Source of the DNA: an uncultured Planctomycetaceae bacterium
GTDB lineage: Bacteria; Planctomycetota; Phycisphaerae; Sedimentisphaerales; UBA12454
DNA length: 64,000 bases
Direction: 5' to 3'
NCBI GenBank assembly: GCA_964449435.1
Contig: CAYUYR010000010.1
Location: 3,064 to 67,063 of the forward strand
Below are positions 5,986 to 15,712 of the stretch, piece after piece. The notes under the pieces were generated by a model that searched no databases, had not been told where the DNA came from, and saw only the letters and a program-made list of their open reading frames with translations. The position numbers were made by a program, and so were the translations under genes. Position 1 is the first letter of the stretch, and each line of letters opens with the position of its first letter.

Positions 5986-7963
5986 GTTTCAGTTAATCAG
6001 CAATTTTGAGCCTAAAGGCGACCAGCCTCAGGCGATAAAGACCCTTGCCGATAACCTCAAATCGGGCAGGCAGTATCAAACCCTCTACGGCGTAACCGGT
6101 AGCGGAAAAACGTTCACGATGGCCAACGTCATCGCCAAGTATCAGAGGTCTGCTCTCGTAATCAGCCATAATAAGACGCTGGCGGCGCAGCTTTATGAGG
6201 AATTCAAAGAGCTTTTTCCCAATAACGCGGTCGAATACTTCGTAAGCTATTACGATTATTACCAGCCGGAGGCGTATATACCGCAGCGGGATATTTATAT
6301 CGAAAAAGACGCATCGCGAAACGATGAATTAGACAGGCTTCGGCTTGCGGCGACGGCCAGTCTGACGAGCAGGGACGATGTAATCATCGTAGCATCGGTA
6401 TCGTGCATTTTCGGATTGGGTTCGCCGCAGGATTATAAGGCCAGTGTAATTACGGTGAAAATCGGCGAGGCTGTCGAGCGGAACGAACTGCTCGGCAGGC
6501 TGTCAGATTTGCAGTACGCAAGAAACGATATCGATTTTAATCGCGGCACGTTCAGGGTTCGCGGCGATGTTGTGGAATTGTGGCCCAGCTACGAATCGTT
6601 TGCGGTCAGATTGGAATTTTTCGGCGACGAAATCGAAAAAATCAATTATATCAATCCGACAAGCGGAGAAATACTCGCTAAAGAAGAGCAATTATTCGTA
6701 TATCCTGCGGGACATTATGTAATGCCTGCCGACAGAATTGAAGCCGCGACGGAGAGTATAAAGGCGGAACTCGAACAGCAATTGATGAAACTTCGCCAGC
6801 AGGGCAAGCTGCTCGAGGCGCAAAGATTGCAGGCAAGGACGCTTTATGATATAGAAATGCTTAAGGAAGTCGGGTTTTGCAGCGGGATAGAAAATTATTC
6901 GAGGCATTTGAGCGGCCTGCCCGCTGGTGCCAGGCCTTATACGCTGATAGATTATTTCGGGGACGATTTTCTATTGTTTATCGATGAGTCGCACGCGACG
7001 GTGCCGCAGATTCGGGCGATGCACGCCGGCGATAAGAGCAGGAAAGAGGTTCTGGTTGAGCACGGATTCAGACTTCCCAGCGCGATGGATAACCGGCCTC
7101 TGCGATTCGAGGAATTTCAGGAGAACTGGAAGCGAGTTATATTTGTCTCGGCGACGCCTGCGGAGTTTGAGTTGAATCTTAGTAAAGGCGCGGTTGTCGA
7201 GCAGGTTGTAAGGCCGACAGGTTTGCTCGACCCGGAGATTTTCGTTCATCCGGCGGCTAATCAGGTGCCGCATTTGCTTGACCAGATTGAAAAGCACGTG
7301 CAGGCAAAACAGCGGGTACTGGTTACGACGCTGACGAAAAGGCTCGCGGAGGATTTGTCGGCGTACATAGCGAAAAAGGGATATAAATGCAGGTATCTGC
7401 ATAGCGAAATAAAGACGCTGGAGAGGGTTCAGGTTTTGCGGGATTTGCGGAGCGGGGCGTTCGATGTTTTAGTCGGGATAAATCTTTTGCGCGAGGGGCT
7501 GGATTTGCCGGAGGTTTCACTGGTGGCGATTCTTGACGCGGATAAGGAAGGATTTCTGCGAAGCCAGACGTCTCTTGTCCAGACAATCGGCAGGACGGCG
7601 AGAAATGTCGATGCGAAAGTGTTTTTGTACGCCGACAGGATAACCGAGTCGATGCAAAAAGCAATTGACGAAACGAATCGGCGGCGTAAAATACAGACGC
7701 AGTATAATAAGGAAAACGGGATTACGCCTGAGACGATAAAGAAGCAGATTTACAGCGGCTTGCAGGATAAACTGAAGGCAAGACAGGCGGCGCGGCAGGC
7801 GGTAAACCTTGGCGACGATGAATACGATGCCGCCGAGATTGCGGTGCAGATTGAAAAGGAAATGCTCGAAGCGGCTGAAAAACTTGATTTTGAAAAAGCG
7901 GCGTTTTTGCGGGACCAGTTGAAGGAACTGAAAGAGCTGCCGCAGATAGGAAAAAAGAAGTAA
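5978..7963 (+). CDS. uvrB: Excinuclease ABC subunit B
   Basis: 661 aa. Motifs: Walker A GVTGSGKT, the YYDYYQPEAY beta-hairpin region, helicase motifs, and the C-terminal UVR domain LDFEKAAFLRDQL. Confidence 0.97.
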   Translation: MAKFQLISNFEPKGDQPQAIKTLADNLKSGRQYQTLYGVTGSGKTFTMANVIAKYQRSALVISHNKTLAAQLYEEFKELFPNNAVEYFVSYYDYYQPEAYIPQRDIYIEKDASRNDELDRLRLAATASLTSRDDVIIVASVSCIFGLGSPQDYKASVITVKIGEAVERNELLGRLSDLQYARNDIDFNRGTFRVRGDVVELWPSYESFAVRLEFFGDEIEKINYINPTSGEILAKEEQLFVYPAGHYVMPADRIEAATESIKAELEQQLMKLRQQGKLLEAQRLQARTLYDIEMLKEVGFCSGIENYSRHLSGLPAGARPYTLIDYFGDDFLLFIDESHATVPQIRAMHAGDKSRKEVLVEHGFRLPSAMDNRPLRFEEFQENWKRVIFVSATPAEFELNLSKGAVVEQVVRPTGLLDPEIFVHPAANQVPHLLDQIEKHVQAKQRVLVTTLTKRLAEDLSAYIAKKGYKCRYLHSEIKTLERVQVLRDLRSGAFDVLVGINLLREGLDLPEVSLVAILDADKEGFLRSQTSLVQTIGRTARNVDAKVFLYADRITESMQKAIDETNRRRKIQTQYNKENGITPETIKKQIYSGLQDKLKARQAARQAVNLGDDEYDAAEIAVQIEKEMLEAAEKLDFEKAAFLRDQLKELKELPQIGKKK

Positions 7964-7987
7964 GGAAATAGAGAAATAAGGATTAAG

Positions 7988-8866
7988 ATGAAAACTTTGG
8001 ATTTTAAAAGAGTCGATAAATTAATTGATATGGCGATAGAGGAAGATTACGGCGGGCGAGACCCTTCGAGCGAATTGATGATACCTGCGAAGGCGACCGG
8101 CAAGTCTTATATCATAAGCCGAGAGGAAATTGTCGTTAGCGGTATGAATATCGCCAAAGAGACGCTGAAGCGATATGACCCGAAGCTGAAACTGCGGATA
8201 CTCAAACGTGACGGCCAAAGGGCGAATGTTGCCGACAGGCTTGGCGTAATCGAAGGGCCGATGCGAACGATGCTGAGCGCAGAAAGAGTGGTATTGAATT
8301 TTCTGCAGAGAATGTGCGGAATAGCGACGATGACTTATAAATATGTTCACGCGACTCGCGGAACAAGGGCGAAGATATACGATACACGAAAGACGATACC
8401 TGGCTGGCGGGAACTTGAAAAATACGCTGTGAGATGCGGCAAGGGACATAATCACCGGTTCAGTTTAAAAGAAGCGGTGATGTTCAAGGATAATCATGTT
8501 GCCCAGCTCGGCAAGAATTTCGAGCCAAAGCTGAAAAAACTTGTCGAAAAAGCAAGGGCAATCGAAGGCGTAAAATTCGTATGCGTCGAAGTTGACCACG
8601 TTGACGACCAGCTTAACCACGTCTTGAAGGTGCCGGGCGTTGATGTCGTGCTTTTGGATAATATGGGCCAGTGGCAATATACGCACGCAGTTGAGATGCG
8701 CAACAAGATGTGTAAAGGCAAACACAAGCCGCAACTCGAGGCGAGCGGCGGAATTACGCTTAATAACGTCAGGCAAATCGCGCTTTGCGGCGTTGACAGA
8801 ATTTCAATCGGAGCGATAACGCACAGCGCAGTGTCGGTCGATATCGGTTTGGATAGAGAATTTTAA
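7988..8866 (+). CDS. nadC: Nicotinate-nucleotide pyrophosphorylase (carboxylating)
   Basis: 292 aa. QPRTase pattern: ERVVLNFLQRMCGIAT, DTRKTIPGWR, KYAVRCGKGHNHR, MFKDNH. Confidence 0.93.
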   Translation: MKTLDFKRVDKLIDMAIEEDYGGRDPSSELMIPAKATGKSYIISREEIVVSGMNIAKETLKRYDPKLKLRILKRDGQRANVADRLGVIEGPMRTMLSAERVVLNFLQRMCGIATMTYKYVHATRGTRAKIYDTRKTIPGWRELEKYAVRCGKGHNHRFSLKEAVMFKDNHVAQLGKNFEPKLKKLVEKARAIEGVKFVCVEVDHVDDQLNHVLKVPGVDVVLLDNMGQWQYTHAVEMRNKMCKGKHKPQLEASGGITLNNVRQIALCGVDRISIGAITHSAVSVDIGLDREF

Positions 8867-8870
8867 GAAG

Positions 8871-9674
8871 ATGTCCGAATATAACGCTTTAGATGTTAAT
8901 GCCATAAGAGCAAATCTGAACACGAGCCGAATCGGCAGGGAAATGCTCGTATATAAAAGCACATCGAGCACAAACGATATCGCGGCTGAATACGCAAAAG
9001 CGGGCGACAAAAATGATGGGCTTGCGGTTTTTGCCGAACACCAGACGGCAGGCAGAGGCAGACGGGGCAATCAATGGCTGAGCGGCAAAGGCAAAAGCAT
9101 TCTTTGTTCGGTCGTGTCCTTCGAGCCTAAAATCGAAGCAGATATGATAACGATTACGGCCGCTGTCGCCGTTGCCGAGACGATTGAGAAAGGCGCTAAA
9201 ATCAAATGGCCGAACGATATTTTGCTCGACGGAAAAAAGGCGTCGGGTATTCTGGTCGAGGCATTCACTAGAAATAAGAAAAAATATTTTATAATCGGTA
9301 TCGGGATAAATTGTCATCAGTCAAAGAAAGACTTTGACGGCGAACTGGCTTCGATAGCGACGAGTATCGATATTGAAAATGGAACGGTTTGCGACAGGAA
9401 CAGAATCGCAAAGAGGCTGCTTGTAAACTTGGAGCATTTTCTGGATGTCGCGGTCAAAGACCCTGGCGAGATTGTGGGAAAATGGCGGGCGGCGAGTATG
9501 CTGTTCGGCAAGCGGATAACCGTCGAGCATAACGGGGCGCAATTTACAGGCAACTGCATCGGCGTAGAACCTGCCGAGGGATTGATAATCCAGCTCGAGC
9601 GCGGCGGAGTGAGAATGTTTCACGCGGTTTCGACGACAATCGTTAAAAACGGAACGGAGATGTGCGATGGCTGA
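8871..9674 (+). CDS. birA: Biotin-[acetyl-CoA-carboxylase] ligase (no N-terminal HTH)
   Basis: 267 aa with the biotin-binding loop QTAGRGRRGNQW and KWPNDILL. Confidence 0.92.
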   Translation: MSEYNALDVNAIRANLNTSRIGREMLVYKSTSSTNDIAAEYAKAGDKNDGLAVFAEHQTAGRGRRGNQWLSGKGKSILCSVVSFEPKIEADMITITAAVAVAETIEKGAKIKWPNDILLDGKKASGILVEAFTRNKKKYFIIGIGINCHQSKKDFDGELASIATSIDIENGTVCDRNRIAKRLLVNLEHFLDVAVKDPGEIVGKWRAASMLFGKRITVEHNGAQFTGNCIGVEPAEGLIIQLERGGVRMFHAVSTTIVKNGTEMCDG

Positions 9675-11049
9675 AAAATTCGATGTTGCGGTAATCGGGT
9701 CGGGGCCGGGCGGATATGCAGCGGCAGTAAGATGTGCGCAAAAAGGAGGAAAAATCGCGATTATCGAAAAAGGCGACATCGGCGGAGTGTGTCTTAATTG
9801 CGGATGCATACCATCGAAAACCCTGCTCGCATCGGCGCATATTTTTAATCTCGCAAAAAACGCAGGGGCAATGGGAATCGATATCGATAATCCAAAAGTA
9901 AACTGGCCAAAGGTGCAGAGCAGAAGAGAGGCGATTGTTGCGGGGTTCAGAAAGGGACTGGCCGGTGTGATTGGGAGCAATAAGATAAAAATCTTTCAGG
10001 GTGCGGGAATCGTTACGGCTAAAAATAAAATCGCTGTGCAGGGTGATACGACTGCTGAAATTGAAGCGGCAAAGATTATCATCGCAACGGGGTCGGTACC
10101 GATTGAAATTCCATTTATGCCGTTCGATGGTAAAAAAATCATAAGCAGTACGGAGGCTTTGTCGCTGGCTGAGATACCCAAGTCGATGATTGTAATCGGC
10201 GGGGGAGTTATCGGCTGCGAAATGGCGTGTATTTACGCAAGTGTCGGGACGAAAGTTACGATTGTCGAGGCTTTGGATAGGATTTTGCCTTTTGAGGACG
10301 AATGGGTCGGGCAATTGTTGGCGAGAGAATTTAAAAAAGCCGGGATAGATGTGATTGTCGGCAAAAAGGTAACGGGCTGTGAAAAAACAGGTTCGCAGAT
10401 AAAGCTAACTCTTGAAGACGGGACGGCAATTGAGACGGAAAAGGCGCTCGTATCCGTCGGCAGGAAGGCGTCTTGCGACAGTCAGACCGTCAAAGCCTTA
10501 TCGCTTGAGATGAATGCCCCGGCGATAAAGGTTAATGAGAAGATGGAGACGAGTGCGGCGGGAGTTTACGCAATCGGCGATGTAGTTGGGACAACGTACC
10601 TTGCACACGGGGCGTTTTTCGAGGCTGAGGTCGCCGCTGCCAATGCGATGGGCGAAAAAACTCTCATAGGCGATTATTCACTTGTGCCGAGGGCGGTTTA
10701 TACATTTCCAGAGGTCGCATCGGTCGGCAAAAACGAAACGAAATGCAAAGAGGCAGGGGTTGATTACGCAATCGGCAGGGCATTTTTCAGGGCGAACGGA
10801 AGAAGCATCGCACATAATGAAACTGCCGGTGAAATAAGAGTTATAAGAGATAAAAAGACGGCTCAAATTCTGGGGGCAACAATAGTCGGCTCCGGTGCTG
10901 CGGAAATGGTAGCGGCGGCGAGGGCGCTCATCGGCAGCAGAGAAAAAATAGGCGAAATTTCGTTTGCGCATCCGACTGTTTCCGAGGTGCTCAAAGAGGC
11001 GTGGGAGGATGCTTTCGGATTGAGTCTTCATACGCCGCCAAAAGGCTGA
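9667..11049 (+). CDS. lpdA: Dihydrolipoyl dehydrogenase
   Basis: 460 aa. Motifs: GSGPGGY, redox disulfide GGVCLNCGCIPSK, and the C-terminal HAHPTxSE-like FAHPTVSE. It overlaps birA by 8 nt. Confidence 0.95.
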   Translation: MAEKFDVAVIGSGPGGYAAAVRCAQKGGKIAIIEKGDIGGVCLNCGCIPSKTLLASAHIFNLAKNAGAMGIDIDNPKVNWPKVQSRREAIVAGFRKGLAGVIGSNKIKIFQGAGIVTAKNKIAVQGDTTAEIEAAKIIIATGSVPIEIPFMPFDGKKIISSTEALSLAEIPKSMIVIGGGVIGCEMACIYASVGTKVTIVEALDRILPFEDEWVGQLLAREFKKAGIDVIVGKKVTGCEKTGSQIKLTLEDGTAIETEKALVSVGRKASCDSQTVKALSLEMNAPAIKVNEKMETSAAGVYAIGDVVGTTYLAHGAFFEAEVAAANAMGEKTLIGDYSLVPRAVYTFPEVASVGKNETKCKEAGVDYAIGRAFFRANGRSIAHNETAGEIRVIRDKKTAQILGATIVGSGAAEMVAAARALIGSREKIGEISFAHPTVSEVLKEAWEDAFGLSLHTPPKG

Positions 11050-11226
11050 TTAATCCGTTGCCGTACAATAGATTAAACCTTAATTTTTTGTTGACGGCAA
11101 AAGGTCTGTAAAGTACAGTGGGTTATAGATTTGACGCAGTTTTTTGTCTGCTTTTAAGGTGTTTTGAAGCTAACGGCTTGACGTAAGCCGAAGAAAAAAT
11201 AATAAAAGGATTGTAAGTTAGGGGAA

Positions 11227-12048
11227 ATGCAGGCGTTGCATAAATTTAAAACCTACTTTTTAAGAGGTTTGGCGACACTTTTGCCGGCCATTTTGACGGT
11301 CTGGATTTTTGTTCAACTTTACCTATTTATCCAAAAGAATGTAAGTGCCCATATTAACCGCGGTATGGTTAGGGTTCTGGTGTACAGCTCTCCATATTAT
11401 CCACATATAAGCGAAGATGATTTGTTGGTTTATGTAAAAAATAGTTATCCTGCCGCTGTTGATAATCAGCAGTTGTTGGAAGAGAAGCTGAACGACCCTG
11501 CTGTGAAACGGGCGGCGAGAATCAGCGAGGCCGAAAAGTTCTGGGTTTACGGCGGCGGGCAGATTTCGGGTTTCGTGATAGCATTTATAATTGTGATTTT
11601 TGTCGGGGCGCTTCTGGCAAGCTTTATCGGCAAGGCCCTGTGGCGAATGTTCGAAAAAGCCTTTGTGAAAACGCCTTTCCTTCGGACGATATATCCTCAT
11701 ATCAAACAGGTTACCGATTTTTTCCTTACGAAACAGAAATTGAGTTTTAGCAGGGTTGTTGCTATCCAATATCCGCAGAAAGGTACCTGGTCAGTGGCAA
11801 TGGTAACGGGAGCGGGTCTTAAAAAGATTAACGAGAAGGAACAAAAAGAGTTTCTAACAGTATTCCTTCCGACATCTCCGACGCCATTTACCGGTTATGT
11901 TCTTATGGTTCCCAAAGAAGAGGTAATCGAACTGAATATGTCGGTGGAAGAGGCCTTGAGATTTACCATAAGCGGCGGCGTTATCAATCCTACGATTTTT
12001 GAGTCTTATTCAAAAGAGACGAAACCTGTAAAGCCAAAGAAAGAATAG
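11227..12048 (+). CDS. DUF502 family membrane protein
   Basis: 273 aa with two TM segments and the DUF502-like signature VFLPTSPTPFTGYVLMVP. Confidence 0.75.
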   Translation: MQALHKFKTYFLRGLATLLPAILTVWIFVQLYLFIQKNVSAHINRGMVRVLVYSSPYYPHISEDDLLVYVKNSYPAAVDNQQLLEEKLNDPAVKRAARISEAEKFWVYGGGQISGFVIAFIIVIFVGALLASFIGKALWRMFEKAFVKTPFLRTIYPHIKQVTDFFLTKQKLSFSRVVAIQYPQKGTWSVAMVTGAGLKKINEKEQKEFLTVFLPTSPTPFTGYVLMVPKEEVIELNMSVEEALRFTISGGVINPTIFESYSKETKPVKPKKE

Positions 12049-12071
12049 ACATTTGTTAAGGAGAAATTGAT

Positions 12072-12401
12072 TTGGATATTAGAATAACAGGCAAGCATAT
12101 AGAGATGACGGAAGATGTCAAGGCAAGGATTGAAGAGAAAGTATCGGGGTTCCCGCGATTTTACAGCAGTGTACTCGATGCGGAAGTAATCGTCGAGGGC
12201 GGCAAGAGCGGTGCAGCGAACAGCGTGGAGATAATCGCAAGGGCAAAACATAACCGCGTATTTATAGGCAGACACAGCGCCCCGGAAATATATGTATGCA
12301 TAGACCAGGCGGCGGAGAAAGTTGGACGCCAGCTTGCCAAACAAAAACAGAAAGAACGCGATAATAAACATTCAGGCGGCGAAGTGAAGAAACAGGAGTA
12401 A
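12072..12401 (+). CDS. hpf: Ribosome hibernation promoting factor (short HPF/RaiA)
   Basis: 109 aa beginning MDIRITGKHIEMTEDVKARIEEKV, with a TTG start. It sits directly upstream of ptsN, the usual position. Confidence 0.9.
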   Translation: MDIRITGKHIEMTEDVKARIEEKVSGFPRFYSSVLDAEVIVEGGKSGAANSVEIIARAKHNRVFIGRHSAPEIYVCIDQAAEKVGRQLAKQKQKERDNKHSGGEVKKQE

Positions 12402-12403
12402 AT

Positions 12404-12874
12404 ATGAAGATAGTTGATGTTATTTGTGCCAAGGCTATAATACCACGGCTCAAAGCGGCAAAACGGGACGAAGCGATAAAAGAACTTGTCGATATTCTCG
12501 ACAGGGCGGCCAAAATCGGCAAGGACAACGCGGCTGAAATCGCAAAGGCTGTTATCAAAAGAGAAAACGAGGCCAGTACAGGCATAGGCAAAGGAGTAGC
12601 GGTGCCGCATATTAAGCACAAAGCCGTGAAAAAAGTCGCTGCGGCAATCGGAATAAGCGCAACCGGTATCGATTTTTCGGCTTTGGATAAGCAGCCGGTT
12701 TATACCGTCATTTTGCTGCTCAGTCCGCTCGAAGGCGACCAGCACCTTCAGGCGATGGAGGCGATATTTGGACAGCTTCAAAACGACAATTTCAGAAAAT
12801 TTCTAAAACAGTCCGAGACGGTAGAACAGATAAAGGAACTATTGGCAGAAGCCGGCCAGAATCCGTCGTGGTAG
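12404..12874 (+). CDS. ptsN: PTS EIIA-Ntr-type regulatory protein
   Basis: 156 aa in the EIIA(Fru/Ntr) family, with the phosphorylatable His in GIGKGVAVPHIKH. Confidence 0.88.
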   Translation: MKIVDVICAKAIIPRLKAAKRDEAIKELVDILDRAAKIGKDNAAEIAKAVIKRENEASTGIGKGVAVPHIKHKAVKKVAAAIGISATGIDFSALDKQPVYTVILLLSPLEGDQHLQAMEAIFGQLQNDNFRKFLKQSETVEQIKELLAEAGQNPSW

Positions 12875-12925
12875 TTTGACCAGAATATTTTGAAACGGAT
12901 TCCTGCGGAGAACACAGGAGAATAA

Positions 12926-13240
12926 GTGTTGGCAGAAGCAGTCAATAAGATAGAAGTCGAGATAAGGAACGCCAACGGGCTTCATATGCGGCCTGCGATG
13001 CAGTTTGTCGATACTGCGAGCAAATTCTCCAGTAACATCAAGGTCGGCAACGGAGATATAGAAGTGGACGGCAAAAGCATAATGCATATGGCGATGCTTG
13101 CGGCGGCGGCAGGGACAAAACTGACGATAACCGCCGATGGCACGGATTCTCAAAAGGCGCTGGATGCCCTGAAAGAGCTTGTGGAAAGTAAACTTTTCGA
13201 CGAACCTGCCTGGCAGGGTACAAACGAAGCTGATAAATAA
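12926..13240 (+). CDS. ptsH: HPr/NPr phosphocarrier protein
   Basis: 104 aa with the active-site His in NANGLHMRPA. GTG start with AGGAG upstream. Confidence 0.9.
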   Translation: MLAEAVNKIEVEIRNANGLHMRPAMQFVDTASKFSSNIKVGNGDIEVDGKSIMHMAMLAAAAGTKLTITADGTDSQKALDALKELVESKLFDEPAWQGTNEADK

Positions 13241-13253
13241 GTGAAAATATAAG

Positions 13254-14990
13254 ATGGAAATAAAAAAAGGAATCGCTGTCTCGCCCGGTATCGCAATTGC
13301 ACGGTCGCTCGTTATCGATTCCGAAGACTATCGCATACCAAGACGGTCGATACTGCCGTCAGTAAAAGTTATGGAGGTCAAAAGGGTCAGGGACGCTTTT
13401 AAGAAAGCAGTCGCCGAGCTTGAAAAGTCCGACTCCGACGAGATAATCGCGGAAGGAAATATAAAGGATATATTCGCGGTTCATCTGCGTTTTCTGAAAG
13501 ATAAGAACCTCAGGAAGAAAATTACCGACCTTGTTTATAACGACCTTTTGACGGCGGAATACGCTGTTTCGACAACGCTTCGCGATATAGCCAACCATTT
13601 CGCCAGCGTGCAGAACAAGTATATCAGCGAACGCGCGACGGATATTTACGATATCGAGAAGCGTCTGCTGCGACATCTGCTCGGCAAGAAGCGCGAGGAT
13701 ATAGGACACATAAATCGTGAAGTAGTGATTGTAGCTCATGAATTAAGTCCTACGCAAACCGCCGGTTTTGACAGAAAATTCATAAAAGGATTCGCGACCG
13801 ATGCCGGCGGCAGGACAAGCCATACGGCTATTGTCGCCCGTTCTTTGGGCATTCCTGCGGTTGTAGGTCTCGAAGATGTTACGAGAAATGTCGCGCCGAC
13901 CGCTACGGTGATAATAGACGGAAATCGCGGTGTGGTAATAATCGAGCCGGACGAGCAGATGCTCAAAGAATATCAGCAGCACGCGCTGGAGTTCGAAAGG
14001 CTCGAAAGAGAACTCGACGCTCTACGGGACCTTGACGCGATTACACGCGACGGAGTTAAGGTAGAGCTTTATGGGAATATCGAGTTTCCGCACGAAGCGG
14101 AAATGGTGATAGACAAAGGCGGGCAGGGAATAGGTCTTTATCGTACCGAGTTTTTATATCTTTACAGTCAGACTGAGCCTACGGAAGAAGACCATTACAG
14201 GGCGTACAGCGAAGTTATCAGGGTTTTCGGGAATATGCCGATAGTGATAAGGACGATGGATTTGGGGGCGGACAAATTTACACAGAGCCGGCGGTTTTCA
14301 CGCGAGCCCAATCCGTTTCTCGGGCTTCGTTCGATAAGATTTTGTTTGCAGAATATCGTGCTGTTCAAGACACAGCTTCGGGCGATTTTGCGGGCGTCAG
14401 TTCACGGCGATGTCAGGATAATGTTTCCGCTGATAAGCAGTCTGCATGAGCTTCGTCAGGCAAAAATGATAGTGCGCGACGTTATGGAAGACCTCGACGA
14501 AGACGGAATAAAATATAATTCCAATGTTCCGTTGGGGATAATGGTTGAAACGCCGTCGGCGGCGCTTACGGCTTCTATACTTGCCGGCGAATCGGATTTT
14601 TTCAGTATCGGAACGAACGACCTTATTCAATATACGCTGGCGGTTGACCGCGGAAATGAGCGTGTTTCTACCTTGTATTCCGGAGCCGACCCGGCGGTGA
14701 TAAATCTGCTTCGCAGTATTATGCACGATGCGAACAAGGCGAAGATAAGCGTAAGTATCTGCGGCGAAATGGCGTCGGAGCCGGAGTTTATTATGCTGCT
14801 TTTGGGGCTCGGGTTCAGGACGTTTTCGCTTGCTCCGCCGATGATACCGGAAATTAAAAAGCTCGTCCGCTCGGTTACGGTTGAGTCGTGCAATGTTATC
14901 GCTCGGAAAGTTCTTATGATGAATTCGGAACGGGAAGTTATAAATTACCTTCGAAACGCGGCGATGAAGGTTCTTCCCGAAGTGTTCTAA
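13254..14990 (+). CDS. ptsI: Phosphoenolpyruvate-protein phosphotransferase (Enzyme I)
   Basis: 578 aa with the phospho-His region GGRTSHTAIVARSLGIPAVVG and the PEP-utiliser domain SIGTNDLIQYTLAVDR. Confidence 0.95.
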   Translation: MEIKKGIAVSPGIAIARSLVIDSEDYRIPRRSILPSVKVMEVKRVRDAFKKAVAELEKSDSDEIIAEGNIKDIFAVHLRFLKDKNLRKKITDLVYNDLLTAEYAVSTTLRDIANHFASVQNKYISERATDIYDIEKRLLRHLLGKKREDIGHINREVVIVAHELSPTQTAGFDRKFIKGFATDAGGRTSHTAIVARSLGIPAVVGLEDVTRNVAPTATVIIDGNRGVVIIEPDEQMLKEYQQHALEFERLERELDALRDLDAITRDGVKVELYGNIEFPHEAEMVIDKGGQGIGLYRTEFLYLYSQTEPTEEDHYRAYSEVIRVFGNMPIVIRTMDLGADKFTQSRRFSREPNPFLGLRSIRFCLQNIVLFKTQLRAILRASVHGDVRIMFPLISSLHELRQAKMIVRDVMEDLDEDGIKYNSNVPLGIMVETPSAALTASILAGESDFFSIGTNDLIQYTLAVDRGNERVSTLYSGADPAVINLLRSIMHDANKAKISVSICGEMASEPEFIMLLLGLGFRTFSLAPPMIPEIKKLVRSVTVESCNVIARKVLMMNSEREVINYLRNAAMKVLPEVF

Positions 14991-15063
14991 ATAAAATTGA
15001 TTTTTACGGATTAGGAGACAGCAGATAAAATCAAGCGTACAGACACTGGTCGGAAGATATAAG

Positions 15064-15699
15064 GTGCAAGACAGTGTCAGATTTTTATCACATCAGGAAT
15101 CGTTCAGAGCGGTACAGAGGGCTCTTGTGCGCAGTGAGATAAATCTGATTTACAGTCAGGGTTATAATCCGCATCCGAGGCTGTCGCTGCCGCTGCCGAA
15201 AAGCGTGGGGCTCGCATCGGAAGACGAGCTTTTCTGTGCACAAATCTCCGGGGCCGCCGGCGCAACGGCTGAGCAAAATAAAGAGCTTTACAAAAAGATT
15301 TCGGCTCAGCTTCCGGAAGGTTTTGTTCTGGCTGAACTGATAATTCACGATGAAAGAATTGCGTATAAACCGCTCGAAGCGGAATATTTTATTAGGTTCG
15401 AAGATGAAAAGGAGCTTGAAGAAATTCGGACACAAGCGGACAGGCTTAACAGTTTTGTCCGAGCGGGCGAGAAAATAACGATTGAAAGAAGACTCGACGA
15501 AAAAGGCACCGTGAAAACCGCCGATGTAGGAGGATTTATTAAATCGGTCGAGCAGACAGGAGAAGGTATCAGAGTTTTATGTAAAATTACAGATAAAGGA
15601 ACAATAAGGCCGGACGAAACAGCAAGACTTTTGGGATTGAAGCCGGAAAGCGTCGGCGTCTCAATGAGCAGAAAAAAAGTCGTCTGGCAGACAAATTAA
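15064..15699 (+). CDS. DUF2344 (radical-SAM-linked, TIGR03936-like) protein
   Basis: 211 aa containing RFLSHQESFRAVQRALVRSEINLIYSQGYNPHPRLSLPLP. GTG is the first canonical start. The frame is open upstream to 15001, so the N-terminus is uncertain. Confidence 0.75.
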   Translation: MQDSVRFLSHQESFRAVQRALVRSEINLIYSQGYNPHPRLSLPLPKSVGLASEDELFCAQISGAAGATAEQNKELYKKISAQLPEGFVLAELIIHDERIAYKPLEAEYFIRFEDEKELEEIRTQADRLNSFVRAGEKITIERRLDEKGTVKTADVGGFIKSVEQTGEGIRVLCKITDKGTIRPDETARLLGLKPESVGVSMSRKKVVWQTN

Positions 15700-15712
15700 G
15701 GACAATAAATAT

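Noticed and set aside
9321-10314. 219-aa and 223-aa minus-strand ORFs
   Set aside because: They are antisense to birA and lpdA, both of which carry unmistakable motifs. They are shadow ORFs.
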